Below, piece by piece: positions 8,785 through 19,600 of a stretch of DNA of 64,000 bases (position 1 is its first letter; every line of letters starts with the position of its first letter). Origin of the DNA: Candidatus Altimarinota bacterium (GTDB taxonomy: Bacteria; Patescibacteriota; Gracilibacteria; UBA4473). A program made the translations under genes and the position numbers. The notes beneath the pieces were generated by a model. The model was not told where the DNA came from. It searched no databases and saw only the letters and a list, made by a program, of their open reading frames with translations. The stretch covers positions 901 through 64,900 of the forward strand of contig JABAZT010000023.1 in the NCBI GenBank assembly GCA_018608565.1, in the 5' to 3' direction.

Positions 8785-10161
8785 ATGCGTTTTATTGGGT
8801 ATCTCGTACTCCCAATGCTTGGGTTCCTTCTTGGATGGAGTCTCAGTGTCAAAAATCAACAAGAGATCAGCAAACAAGCTGCACAGCTCCTCACCGAAGA
8901 AACCAAAACTCAAGAAATTACGGCACAACCAGTCACTATAAAACCAAAACGATTTAGAAAAACAGATCCATCGAGTATTGATATGGATATTTTTTGGGAG
9001 GCGTGGGGTGCGGCAGAAGCAAGCTTTCTCTACAAGGATAAGATAAAAACCCAAGATCAAGTCTACGGAGCCACCAAAGGGATGGTGAAAGCGCTTGGAG
9101 ATCCATATACAACGTTCATGGATCCAACAGACAATGCAAAATTTGAAGAAAATATGAATGGAGAGTTTCAGGGAATTGGAGCAGAAATCGGAATACGAGA
9201 CGATCGACTCACGGTCGTTACACCACTCAAAGGAACGCCTGCAGAGCTCTCAGGGCTAAAAGCCGGAGATCAGATCTGGCAAATTGACGAAGAATCAACA
9301 CTTGGGATTTCGATCGAAGAAGCCGTACAACAAATACGAGGACCAAAAGGAGAAAAAGTAACACTCACAGTAGTACGAAAAGATGAAAAAAAACCAATCG
9401 ATATAATCATCGTTCGTGATAACATCGTAATTCAGTCAGTCGAGTGGGAAATGAAAGGCGATATCGCACTCATCACTATCTCAAGTTTTGGAAACAATGT
9501 CCTAAGAGATTTTTCGAAAGCGGTTTCAGAGATTATTCTAGAAGAACCTGCAGGAATTATCATAGATTTGAGAAACAATCCAGGAGGGCTGCTGACCGAT
9601 ACGGTCAAAATTGCAACGGAGTTTGTGCCAGGGAAAAGCATCGTAAAAACACGAGGACTTCAGTTTGGTCAGAGTGGAGATTATGTGAGTGGGAGAGAGG
9701 GAGCTTTTTCAGATACCCCACTCATAGTCCTCGTCAACGGAGGATCGGCAAGTGCCTCAGAGATATTCGCTGGAGCGATGCAAGACTATCGACGGGCCGT
9801 GGTGTTGGGAGAAAAGACATTTGGGAAAGGATCTGTTCAACAGGTTGTTCCTCTTTCTGATGGATCTAGTATCAAGATCACTATCATGGAATGGCTTACT
9901 CCAGATGAACGATCAATTCATGATATAGGAATTCAGCCGCACGAAGTGATTGAAGTCACGTCAGAACAAGAGAAAGAAGATTTTGATCCAGTGATGGAGC
10001 GAGCGATTATTTTACTCAATACTCCAGAGGAAATACAAACCATACTCCAGGGGCCAATCCCAACAGTGGAAGAAGCTACGGAGAAAGCCAAAGAAGAAGA
10101 CGCTATCGAGATAGAATCACTCAAAGAAGAAGAACAAAATGAACTAGATTCGGGGGAGTAG
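8785..10161 (+). CDS. S41 family C-terminal processing peptidase (Ctp/Prc-like) with a PDZ domain
   Basis: 'GEFQGIGAEIG', PDZ 'PLKGTPAELSGLKAGDQI', 'DLRNNPGGLL' and 'NGGSASASEIFAGAMQD'. The ORF track begins at TTG 8740. ATG 8785 ('MRFIGYLVLPMLGFLLG', membrane anchor) is preferred. Confidence 0.9.
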   Translation: MRFIGYLVLPMLGFLLGWSLSVKNQQEISKQAAQLLTEETKTQEITAQPVTIKPKRFRKTDPSSIDMDIFWEAWGAAEASFLYKDKIKTQDQVYGATKGMVKALGDPYTTFMDPTDNAKFEENMNGEFQGIGAEIGIRDDRLTVVTPLKGTPAELSGLKAGDQIWQIDEESTLGISIEEAVQQIRGPKGEKVTLTVVRKDEKKPIDIIIVRDNIVIQSVEWEMKGDIALITISSFGNNVLRDFSKAVSEIILEEPAGIIIDLRNNPGGLLTDTVKIATEFVPGKSIVKTRGLQFGQSGDYVSGREGAFSDTPLIVLVNGGSASASEIFAGAMQDYRRAVVLGEKTFGKGSVQQVVPLSDGSSIKITIMEWLTPDERSIHDIGIQPHEVIEVTSEQEKEDFDPVMERAIILLNTPEEIQTILQGPIPTVEEATEKAKEEDAIEIESLKEEEQNELDSGE

Positions 10162-10237
10162 AGGGAGAACACAATTGTTGATCATTGTCTGGTGAAAAGT
10201 TTGCATTATAACCCTTACTGGCATACATTGTCAGAGG

Positions 10238-11566
10238 ATGAATAAAAAAATATTTTGTATTGTATGGGCTGGGCTACTTCTCTTTGGAGGAGGAGTTTCA
10301 GCTATAGAGGTAGATCCAATACATCTAGTGTTTGAAAATAGTAAAATAACACTTGATTTTGATCGTCAGCCACAACTACTCCAGACAGAGCATCAACACT
10401 ATCTGGTTATAGGGAATACACGAATGCCAGTTGATCTAGAAGGAACATTAGTAGCTAAGGAAAATCCATTCTTTGGATCTATTGAAACAGAGTTTCAGAG
10501 TAAGTTGTCAGTCGAAGGATTTATGAGTTTTTTAGAAGCATCAGGGATCCTCGCTGCAGGAAATGTAGAATCAGTAAAAATACACAAAGATGAATCTGGG
10601 AAATTTTATTTTGACGGAGTTCCACAATCCGGATTTAAAACAGATTATCCAAAACTAATAAATCTTCTCAATAATGCTTTGATCAAAGGAGAAAAATATG
10701 TGAGAGTGCCGGGAGAAAAACAATTTTCTCGTATTGCCGTTTCTCCTGAACTTGAGGAAAAAGGAGTAAGAGAAGTGGTAGCCCAGGGAGAATCAAATTT
10801 TCGAGGGTCATCAAATGCACGACGTCAAAATATTCGAGTAGCAGCAGATAGATTTAGCGGAGTTTTGATTCCAAAAGGAGAAACTTTTTCTTTTAATGAA
10901 ATTCTCAAAGACGTAGAAGAAGAAGATGGATTTGTGAAAGAGCTAGTCATAAAAGGAAACAAAACAGAAAAAGAATTGGGAGGTGGCGTCTGTCAGGTTT
11001 CAACTACCGTCTATAGAGCTGCACTCAATGGAGGATTTCCAATCACCTCAAGAAGAAATCATTCATATGCTGTGCCGTATTATAAGCCTTACGGGCTTGA
11101 TGCGACGATTTACATCGGAGTACAGGATTTTGAATTTACCAATGACACTCCTGGCGATGTATTGCTTCAGGCATACATGGAAGGGGATAATTTGCATTTC
11201 ATACTCTACGGAACAAAAGATGATCGAACCGTAATGCTCGAAGGTCCCGTCATCTCTAACTACAAAAAAGCACCACCACCAATAGTCCTCGAAACTGAAG
11301 ATTTACTACCTGGAAAAACAGAGGTTGTCTCCACCGCACATGATGGGTTCACTACTCAGTGGGTACGAAAAGTAGAAAAAAATGGAGAGATAAAAACAGA
11401 TACCATATCATCTTATTATAGGCCATGGCCAGCCCAAATCCTCAAAGGAAAAGTAGAGACTGAGGAGTCACTCGTACAAGCAGATCGAAACGTGATCAAT
11501 CCAATTCGAAGGATTCGAAAAATAGGAAATCCAAGCCAGAATGATCTATCAAATTTGGTAAACTAA
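10238..11566 (+). CDS. VanW family protein (secreted or membrane-anchored)
   Basis: N-terminal signal-like 'IFCIVWAGLLLFGGGVSA'. VanW core 'GGGVCQVSTTVYRAALNGGFPITSRRNHSYAVPYY'. Confidence 0.8.
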   Translation: MNKKIFCIVWAGLLLFGGGVSAIEVDPIHLVFENSKITLDFDRQPQLLQTEHQHYLVIGNTRMPVDLEGTLVAKENPFFGSIETEFQSKLSVEGFMSFLEASGILAAGNVESVKIHKDESGKFYFDGVPQSGFKTDYPKLINLLNNALIKGEKYVRVPGEKQFSRIAVSPELEEKGVREVVAQGESNFRGSSNARRQNIRVAADRFSGVLIPKGETFSFNEILKDVEEEDGFVKELVIKGNKTEKELGGGVCQVSTTVYRAALNGGFPITSRRNHSYAVPYYKPYGLDATIYIGVQDFEFTNDTPGDVLLQAYMEGDNLHFILYGTKDDRTVMLEGPVISNYKKAPPPIVLETEDLLPGKTEVVSTAHDGFTTQWVRKVEKNGEIKTDTISSYYRPWPAQILKGKVETEESLVQADRNVINPIRRIRKIGNPSQNDLSNLVN

Positions 11567-11576
11567 TCTCCCTCTC

Positions 11577-13436
11577 GTGAAAAAGATATTACAATGGAAT
11601 TGGAATCGTATAGGACTTATAGCAAGCCTGTTTCTATACGTAATAATATTATCATTGTATGTACCGAGTTATAGCGTGCATAAATGGATGTTGAGTCCCG
11701 TTGAGTTTTTTCAGCGAATATACGTAGTAGCATTACTTCTGATAATTATATGGCTTTTAATCCTTGGGATTATTTGGCTCATTGAGCGTAAGACAAAAAC
11801 TCCATTTGGTATTCTTCCGAAGTTAAGTTGGAGTTTTATAGCTTCAATCGTAGTCCTAAATCTACTCAGCTCGAGTCTTCCATTTGTAATTGGATGGGAT
11901 TCCTCCACTCATTATTTTCTGACCATAAAAGAGATAATAGAGAATAACTACTTTCGTTCGGGTATATATCCGTATCTAACAGAGTTAGTACTGGGAGGAA
12001 TTGGAAAACTAGTTGGATTTGAGGCAACACCAACAATACTGCTTATGAGTGGAGTATTAGTATTCTTATATGGTCTTCAGCGATGGTGCCAATCACTAAA
12101 AATAACAAAACAACTCAGCTCAATACTGATAGTAACTTTGTTCATGATTCCGGCGGTGCAATTTCAGTTTCTTAGAGATATAAAGCTCGATATTCTCCTT
12201 ACTGGAATAATTCTTTTGGGGGTAACCGCCTGGTATGAAAAAAAATACATAAAAGCAGCAATTTTTATCGGAATATCACCACTTATAAAGATAACAACGC
12301 TCTGGTTTTTGGGGTGTTTTGGGTTGTTCTTATTAGTTTTATGGATCACTAAAAAAGACAGAAAAAAAATAGGACTCACCTTGATGATTTTAGTCATCCC
12401 TCTCTTGTGTTGGGGGAGTTGGAATATTGTTCGAAGTGACACAAAAATAACAACGAAGAATATCGTATCATTATTCATCAAAGGGCAAAAGAGAGATCCA
12501 AAACTAAACCTCAAACTACCACCTTCGGAGGGGAAAGAAATCCAAAAAATAAAATCGTCCACGCCCAAAACAAAAAGACCAAAGCGAACCGGTTTTTCCG
12601 AAGAAGTTGAACGATATGGCGGGTGGAGTCACAATCCATTTAAGCGGTTTTACACGATACTAACCAGTAAATATATCGTCAACGGTGGGACGTACTACAC
12701 AAATCTTTCGGTGCTTTGGTTATGGTTCTTTCTTGTTGGGCTCGCGTTGCCGTTCTATAGAGATTTCAAGAAACAGTCACAAGAGCATCTCTGGATTTAT
12801 GGAACCTTAGTCATAGGAGTATTTGTCTGGGGATATGTCGGGGAAGGAGTTGCTTGGTATGGATTTCCGATATTAATTCCATTGATGATAATGGTGTGCG
12901 CGAATCTAAGATCAAAAATTCCTTCAAAAATACTCTATACCATATTGGGAATTCCATTGTTTCTAGGAATTACAACATGGATGAATTATTATGATTTACG
13001 ACATATAGCGGTCACCATGCAGTGGTGGAAAAATCCAACAATAGAAACTAAAAAATCCATTGAATCTAGATTTTTTAGATTAGAGATGGAAGTTGGTGAA
13101 TTTCTCAATACAAACTATAGAGAAGGAGATATTACCTGGTGGGTGGGGACTATGGTCGGGATCTACGTAGATCAATATGACGAACGAATGGTCAAAGACG
13201 ATCAACTTGATCGTTGGACTCAGATGGTCCATGGTCGAACAAACGAAGAAATCCTAAGACTTCTAAAACAAAATAATATTAGATGGTTTTTGGTAGATAA
13301 CTCCACCCCTGGGCTAGAGATAAATCGAAACGGAACCCTGCACCAAAAATATAACGCCTTCAAAACATTCCTCGAAGAAAATACCACAATAGCCCTAGAA
13401 AATAAGAAAATGAGAGTGTATAAATTAAAAGACTAA
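11577..13436 (+). CDS. Polytopic membrane protein, possibly a GT-C fold glycosyltransferase (ArnT/PMT-like); function uncertain
   Basis: 619 aa with more than 10 hydrophobic segments, a Lys-rich loop (aa ~300-340) and a soluble C-terminal domain. The family assignment rests on overall architecture only. Confidence 0.5.
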   Translation: MKKILQWNWNRIGLIASLFLYVIILSLYVPSYSVHKWMLSPVEFFQRIYVVALLLIIIWLLILGIIWLIERKTKTPFGILPKLSWSFIASIVVLNLLSSSLPFVIGWDSSTHYFLTIKEIIENNYFRSGIYPYLTELVLGGIGKLVGFEATPTILLMSGVLVFLYGLQRWCQSLKITKQLSSILIVTLFMIPAVQFQFLRDIKLDILLTGIILLGVTAWYEKKYIKAAIFIGISPLIKITTLWFLGCFGLFLLVLWITKKDRKKIGLTLMILVIPLLCWGSWNIVRSDTKITTKNIVSLFIKGQKRDPKLNLKLPPSEGKEIQKIKSSTPKTKRPKRTGFSEEVERYGGWSHNPFKRFYTILTSKYIVNGGTYYTNLSVLWLWFFLVGLALPFYRDFKKQSQEHLWIYGTLVIGVFVWGYVGEGVAWYGFPILIPLMIMVCANLRSKIPSKILYTILGIPLFLGITTWMNYYDLRHIAVTMQWWKNPTIETKKSIESRFFRLEMEVGEFLNTNYREGDITWWVGTMVGIYVDQYDERMVKDDQLDRWTQMVHGRTNEEILRLLKQNNIRWFLVDNSTPGLEINRNGTLHQKYNAFKTFLEENTTIALENKKMRVYKLKD

Positions 13437-13442
13437 AAAGTA

Positions 13443-13910
13443 ATGGCAGTATCAGATTATATCGGTTTTGGAGAAACAATTCGATATCAGTTTCGGACCG
13501 GACTGAGATATTTTTTAGTTAAAACGGGATTTTATCTCTTAGGGATCTTTATACTCTGGTGGTTTTTATTTCAGGGAACATTTATTGAGATAGGCTTATT
13601 GGTGGCAGCTGTCTGGGTCGTGTTATATCAGGGGGCCATTTATATTACTACAATACACCTCGTAACAGAACGCTCACTCTATAAAATCCAGGGACTTTTT
13701 CGTAAAAAAACAAGCGCCGTCTATCAGATGGAAATAGACAATATCACCACTCGCCAAGGAATATTGGAGCGAGTTGTTTTTAACACAGGAGAAATCTCTA
13801 TCGATATAAAAGGAGCCAATCAACTCTACGAACTTACCTTCAAAAACATCAGTAATCCAGCACAAAAACAACAACGCATTACTCAGGTTTGGGTAGAATA
13901 TCCAATATAG
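13443..13910 (+). CDS. Membrane-flanked bacterial PH domain protein (bPH_2 / YdbS-YdbT-like)
   Basis: Two N-terminal TM helices, then 'LVTERSLYKIQGLFRKKTSAVYQMEIDNITTRQGILERVVFNTGEISI', typical of bPH_2. Confidence 0.65.
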   Translation: MAVSDYIGFGETIRYQFRTGLRYFLVKTGFYLLGIFILWWFLFQGTFIEIGLLVAAVWVVLYQGAIYITTIHLVTERSLYKIQGLFRKKTSAVYQMEIDNITTRQGILERVVFNTGEISIDIKGANQLYELTFKNISNPAQKQQRITQVWVEYPI

Positions 13911-13965
13911 ACAAAAAGGTTCTTGGAAGGTAGCATACAGAGCGTAGAATATAGACACTTTTACT

Positions 13966-14601
13966 ATGAAAATTATCACTCCCCTCAAACCCAAAGACTA
14001 TGATGAATTTATTTCATTACTAGATCGAGTAGATGAACGAGCCGATATAATAGAGATTTGGCTTGATGGAATTCCTGAATTAGATGAGTTTTTAGATCAA
14101 TTTGAGACAAACAAAGATAATTATGATTATCAATATATAGGGGTCTGTAAAAGTATTTCGGAAAAAGGAATATTTGAAGGCGATATCGCTGAAAAAAATC
14201 ATATGCTGCATCAATTTTTACGTGCTGGCGGCGATTGGGTAGATGTAGATGTAACACAGAGTCCATACGAGATGATCGCCGCACTTCCACCAGATCGACT
14301 GTGGTTGAGTTTTCACGATTTCAAGGGCGTATCAGATGAACTAGAAATCACACTCGATGGAATGAAGATGATGGAGCCCTACGGATACAAGTTTGCAGTG
14401 ACGACTGATACGCTCGTAGATATGACAAAATTCCTCTACTTCGTAGAACAGACATCAGATATTCGTGTTATTTATACCACGATGGGAGAGCATGGGGTTG
14501 AAGGGCGACAAAAAATAGGAGGACACTCCTGGGGACAGTTCTTCGCACTAGATTCAGATACAGCTACGGCTAGTGGGCAGATGACATTGTCAGATCTCTA
14601 G
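13966..14601 (+). CDS. aroD: Type I 3-dehydroquinate dehydratase
   Basis: 'ADIIEIWLDG', 'LSFHDFKG' (catalytic His region), 'GYKFAVT' (Schiff-base Lys region) and 'IYTTMGEHGVEGR' appear in the order expected for type I DHQase. Confidence 0.65.
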   Translation: MKIITPLKPKDYDEFISLLDRVDERADIIEIWLDGIPELDEFLDQFETNKDNYDYQYIGVCKSISEKGIFEGDIAEKNHMLHQFLRAGGDWVDVDVTQSPYEMIAALPPDRLWLSFHDFKGVSDELEITLDGMKMMEPYGYKFAVTTDTLVDMTKFLYFVEQTSDIRVIYTTMGEHGVEGRQKIGGHSWGQFFALDSDTATASGQMTLSDL

Positions 14602-15036
14602 CTATTTCACTAGTTTACTTGCGATAAATCCAGCCTTTAGCGCGGCTTCTTTGGTATCAAAAAATCTTCGATATATATGTTCTACCCCACGAGCAGGATA
14701 ACTACTTGAGGGATAGAATTTTCCAGTTTTGGCATTTCCTGTATAGAAAAATTCGGTGTAGAGTCTATCATCAGGAGTTTCTATGGTGCCAAGTGGGATC
14801 TGATATTCACCATCGCCTTCGATCATTTCTTTATTCCAGAGAATTCGGGCTGGGCCAGAGATCGTAGCTTGAAGTGAGTCGCCTTCTATAGATTTGAGTT
14901 GGACGAGCGAAATTTCTCGAAATTCTTTAAGTGGGATAACACTCGCAGTAACATCATCAGCGGAATCTAGATGTCCAAATCCAAATCCGAGAAGGAGTGT
15001 GATGATGGGAAGGATGAGTTGAAAGTATTTATTCAT
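14602..15036 (-). CDS. Small secreted hypothetical protein
   Basis: Signal-like N-terminus 'MNKYFQLILPIITLLLGFGFG'. No family recognised. Its end abuts aroD (convergent, zero gap). Confidence 0.6.
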   Translation of the reverse strand: MNKYFQLILPIITLLLGFGFGHLDSADDVTASVIPLKEFREISLVQLKSIEGDSLQATISGPARILWNKEMIEGDGEYQIPLGTIETPDDRLYTEFFYTGNAKTGKFYPSSSYPARGVEHIYRRFFDTKEAALKAGFIASKLVK

Positions 15037-15051
15037 TATGAGATCAAAAAA

Positions 15052-16173
15052 TTAGCAATTTTTTACATAGAGTTGATTACTCAGTTGTTGCACGAGACCT
15101 TTCATCTCCATAATCATAAGGGTGGAAGTTAGTTGGTGATGAGGAATGACTGAGTTTCGACTCAGGTCGTCGATATGATACTTTTCATTTCCTTGGAAGA
15201 GACGAAGAATATCCGCTTCAATTCCTATTTTTGGGATTTGGGTCTGAGCCTGTCTCTGCTCACTGAGATTGTTGAGTCCAAGGTGTGATAGGATTTGATC
15301 GCCGGAGAGTGCAGGGATAGCTTTTTGGTCGGCTATGAGTTGATTACATCCAGTAGAAGTAGGAGAAAATATCTCTCCCGGAACCGCGAATACTTCTCGA
15401 TTTTGTTCGAGGGCAAGCTCGGCACTGATCAGGCTTCCTGATTTTGCAGCGGCTTCCACGACAATAGTAGCCCTGGAAAGTCCCGTCACGATCCGGTTTC
15501 GTCTTGGAAAATATTCGGGAATACCGGGAGTTCCTGGTAAGTGCTCACTTAAAATTACCAGCTTATCTTCCTCCAACCAGTGTTCAGCCTGTTTGCTGTG
15601 AGCCTGGGGGTATATAGAGTCGATCCCATTTCCGAGGACCGCAATAGTCCTCGATTGATGTGCCACAGCGGTTTGATGTGCGAGCATATCTACTCCATAG
15701 GCTAGACCAGAGATTATGGTTATTCCACGGAGTGCGAGTTCTTTTACAATTTGTTCTCCGGCTCGTTTTCCATAACTCGAAATCTTTCGAGATCCAACCA
15801 CGGAGATAGACGGAAAATCATTCTCTTTTAAATTTCCACGACAAAATAGTAATGGAGGCGCATCATAGGTATGCAGGAGTGAGTGTGGATATTGAGATGT
15901 TCCTTTGATCAGAACGGTAGCATTACATTGATGGAGTAGCGCTAGCTCTTTATCAGGATTTAGTTCTGGTCGTTTGGAAAAAAACTTAGTTATTCCTTTC
16001 TCATCCACTTCAGCACGCTGCCATTCACTTATTTTCGCGGTATAACATCGCTTCCAATCACTCTGAAAATATATTTTTAGTTTTTCAAATCTATGACTCG
16101 TGAGATTAAGCCCACGATGAAGAGCGAGAAGATATTTGAGTTGAGGATCAGGAGTTTGCATCTCTTCCAACAT
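15052..16173 (-). CDS. dprA: DNA processing protein DprA (Smf)
   Basis: 'ISVVGSRKISSYGKRAGEQIVKELALRGITIISGLAYGVDMLAHQTA' and 'TIAVLGNGID' are the Rossmann-like DprA core. A winged-helix-like tail is present at the C-terminus. Confidence 0.9.
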   Translation of the reverse strand: MLEEMQTPDPQLKYLLALHRGLNLTSHRFEKLKIYFQSDWKRCYTAKISEWQRAEVDEKGITKFFSKRPELNPDKELALLHQCNATVLIKGTSQYPHSLLHTYDAPPLLFCRGNLKENDFPSISVVGSRKISSYGKRAGEQIVKELALRGITIISGLAYGVDMLAHQTAVAHQSRTIAVLGNGIDSIYPQAHSKQAEHWLEEDKLVILSEHLPGTPGIPEYFPRRNRIVTGLSRATIVVEAAAKSGSLISAELALEQNREVFAVPGEIFSPTSTGCNQLIADQKAIPALSGDQILSHLGLNNLSEQRQAQTQIPKIGIEADILRLFQGNEKYHIDDLSRNSVIPHHQLTSTLMIMEMKGLVQQLSNQLYVKNC

Positions 16174-16218
16174 AAAAAAATGGACAGAGATTACTCTCTG
16201 CGGATTTCATGAAGATTT

Positions 16219-16584
16219 TTAATTATACATCTTAAGAAATTGAATGTCATTCACCGCCATTCGGATTTTATCAGCTAAAGTTTTTCCTCGATCATAACAA
16301 TATACAGTAATAAGTTTTTTGCGTTTCATGAGATCTTGTCGAGCTTCCTCTCCAAATCTCTCATCAAATAGAAAGGGCGCGTCACTATCAGTTTCTAATA
16401 TTATCAAATCGATCCTTTCTTTATCCAATTGGGCACTTGATAGTATGTTATGAGCCCCATTGCATTCACTAACCGCACCGTAATCTACGGTCCAAGTTTC
16501 ATCGTTTAAAATTGCTTCAATATTTTTTTTAACAGCAAGGCTTCTAGAGCTACCGTGTTCACAGAGGCAAAGTATTTTTTTCAT
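16219..16584 (-). CDS. Small CX5R-loop protein (LMW phosphotyrosine phosphatase / PTS EIIB-cellobiose-like fold)
   Basis: N-terminal 'KKILCLCEHGSSRSLAVKK' contains C-x5-R-S at residues 8-15. This is the position and context of the P-loop in LMW-PTP, ArsC and EIIB(Cel) folds. Confidence 0.45.
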   Translation of the reverse strand: MKKILCLCEHGSSRSLAVKKNIEAILNDETWTVDYGAVSECNGAHNILSSAQLDKERIDLIILETDSDAPFLFDERFGEEARQDLMKRKKLITVYCYDRGKTLADKIRMAVNDIQFLKMYN

Positions 16585-16595
16585 AATATAAATTA

Positions 16596-16626
16596 AAAAG
16601 CTGAGACCCTATGACCTCAGCTTTTT
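16596..16626 (-). terminator. Rho-independent terminator after the 1338-aa surface protein gene
   Basis: AAAAGCTGAG / CTCAGCTTTT stem with a 10-nt loop. It is flanked by T-runs on both strands. Confidence 0.65.
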
Positions 16627-16637
16627 AGAGGGGTGTT

Positions 16638-19600
16638 TTATCGAAGTAGCATTTTCCCAACTGCAACTTTTTTACCACCAATTACCACACTCACACTATC
16701 AGCCGAATTTCGAACGATTCGAGACGGAGCTCGCTTTGAAGTTTGACTTGGTCGATACATATAGGATTTGTTTCCTGCGATTCGTTGGTATCGAGCATTC
16801 ATGACAGTGGCATGTTGTTTTTCGGCCGTGTCTTTCGTAGCAATTTCTATGATTTTAGCCTGCTTTGTTTCTGTCTCAGGGATATTTTGGTATCGATTTT
16901 TGATCATCCAGTATCGAGATTCAAAAGCCGTCTGAGCACTTGGCTCAGTGATATCTTCTATCGGCGTATTGATCTTCACGATATTACGAATCGTTCCTCC
17001 ACGGTATTTGATCGTGTTCACATATCGTTTTCCTACTTTTTGAAGAGGAAGTCTTCCAGGCATATAGCCTCGAAAAACTTCAAATCCATTTTCGTTTTCG
17101 TAGAAGAGTACTTTTCCTGCAACTCCTTTATTCATTGTTTGAGCATGTCTCATGGATTCGGTATAGGTCATTCCATTTCGATTGAGGATTCGAAATTGTT
17201 CACGGGTCATGCCTGGAAATCGAAGATTTGTTTTTCCATTAGCTGGACCTTGTTCCACTCCGACTCGAGAAGATCCAGAAGCAAAATTTTGTGTTCGACC
17301 AAATGTAACAGCGCGAGGAGTACCTCCTTGAGTTTCTGAATTTTCAGCAGAGTGGCTAAATCCCAAATTACCAGAGCCTTTAACCAGATATGTATTATTT
17401 CCCTCAAAGTTAAAAATAACATCTGGGTTATTGGACCTAATCGATCGAATACGACCAAAACTGGTAACCGTAAATCCATCAGCATGAGGGGTAACTGTTA
17501 CTTCTCCCGTATCAGCCTCTACAAAAATTAAACTTGCCTCATCATCTCCGTCTGTAGTCTGAAACATAACATCCGTCGAAATTACAATCGGCTCATTACC
17601 AGTTTGGAGCTGGTGTGGATTCGTAATGAGAGCAAGGGACTTATTTCTCAGTACGTCGTCCAGTTCTACATGGACATTTTCTTTTTCTAGATAGTGGTTG
17701 AAGTTATACCAAGAGACAATGTAATCTCGTTGCTTTCGGAGAATAAGTTCATAGTTTCCGTTTTCATCAGTCGTAGTAGAACATACGAAAGAACCAACTA
17801 AACAAGTATCGTTATAGGTTGGAATTCCCTGTACGGTAGCTCCTTTGAGTGGTTTTCCTATTTCATCAAAAATAGTTCCATAAATACCAACCGTATAGAG
17901 CTGTGTATAGATAAATTCTGGGCCAGAAAGGTTCCCCGCTTTATCTCTCACATCCAACACCCTAAATGTATATGGATCATCACTTGGGATAGGGAGTGAG
18001 GGCGTATAGATAGGACCATTTACAGTATTGTTTTCAAGGGTTCCGAATGTTGGATGATCCCACTGAACGTCGTAGTTTCGAATCCCTGAAACACGATCAG
18101 CCGCACTTGTATTTGGGTCAGATTCTCCTGACCAGTCATAAAAGGCATTTCGTCGATGTTTAAACTGAAAATGTTCAGCGCCTTTCCCATCCAAAATTTC
18201 AGTTGGGAGTGTTGGATTAGTTTTATCAAAAATAACTTTAGATCCATCAGTCGTTCCTGTCACACTCATGAATACATTTCCGGCTTCGTCTTTAATATCG
18301 ATAGAAAAGGTGACTGTTCCTTCTACTCCATCGGCATTTAACATTTCATAGGACCATTCTCTTAGGTTGGCAGTATTTCCTTCTGGTGTCGTACAAGTGC
18401 TTCCTGTAAGCCCTTCATCAACCATAGTAATAGCCTGACCAAAGAAAGTCCCAGTCGGAGGATTTGCCAGAGAATCTACATAATCACAAAGCTCAAACTC
18501 AAAATTTATCGTGTCTCCCATTCGAGCATAATACGTAGGTAAATCTCCAAGGAAAGCCGTAAAATCTTGACTCGTTGCCTCAATCTCTACATCCGAGACG
18601 ATCGGGTCAGTTCGATCAAATTGAACCTGAGAAGCGTCATCTACCGCCGTTTTATTGGTGGCATTGTTTCCGGCTTCATCCTGGATTCCAATTCGAAACG
18701 GAACCACCACTTCCGAGGTCTCAGTTCCATCCGTAAACCGTTCAATTGAGCTAGCTCCTACCGCCCCGATGGTAGATCCAGTAACTGACATATTGAGAAT
18801 ATGACTATTGCCTCGGAGCGTTACCGTAGGACTAAGATTATCAGCTGTTATGAAATCTACAGTGATAGTATCATTGGTTTTGGCCAGCGTCGTATCGAGT
18901 ACATTATTAGAAATAATACTCGATCCAGTGATAGTAGGCGCCGTGGTATCAGATTGGATAACTCCGGCGATCAGTGCATTGATATCTCCTTGTACTACGG
19001 TCGTAGTGTTCCCCGCTCGATCAACAATCGTGAAGTTGGCACTCCCAACACTAATCGCTCCGTTATCTCCATTTGCTACCGTAAAGATCAGACTATCACT
19101 CGTAGTGAAGCTTGGAAGATCAACTTCCTGGGTAAGTGTTGTAATATTGGTTCCAGTAGTGGCACTCCCAAGAGTATCAAGGCGAACATCTTCATCAAAA
19201 CCAAGCGTATAGGTAACCGTGTCACCAGATTTGGCCCAGGCAGGATTGGCATTGGCCGAAGCGCGTGAAGCACTATCAATAGTCGGAGCTGTCGTATCAA
19301 TCGTTACGGTTGGAGTTGGAGCTCCAGCCACAAATCCAGTCATTGCCTGTGCCTGAAAATCTTCGAAATCAATGGCGGTAATATTGATCGCACCATCTTC
19401 TCCAGCCAGAGCATAGGTCGTGGTATAGGTTGTCTTTTTCGTCGTCGACTGAGCTTGAGTTAAATCCGCGGTAATTCCTGTAGTAGTCCCAATATCAAAG
19501 GTGATCTGTCCCGTTCCAGCACCTGGACCGTTGAATGAATCAGCGGCACTAAGTGTAAGAGTAAAAGTGAGTGTGCTCGTTGCATTTCCATAACTTGAGT

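Noticed and set aside
8733-8957. Two overlapping small ORFs (74 and 63 aa) at the 5' end of the S41 protease gene, and the TTG start at 8740
   Set aside because: These are alternative frames over the same DNA. The protease frame continues into conserved domains, and ATG 8785 gives a sensible membrane-anchor N-terminus.
9444-9860. 138-aa Arg-rich ORF in an alternative frame
   Set aside because: It is embedded in the S41 protease gene, whose frame carries all the conserved motifs. This is an alternative-frame artefact.
16743-19268. Several plus-strand ORFs of 134-198 aa (16743-17339, 18801-19268, 18808-19212)
   Set aside because: They are antisense to the 1338-aa surface-protein gene. That gene's repetitive Thr/Ser/Asp codons generate long open antisense frames, and nothing independent supports these ORFs.
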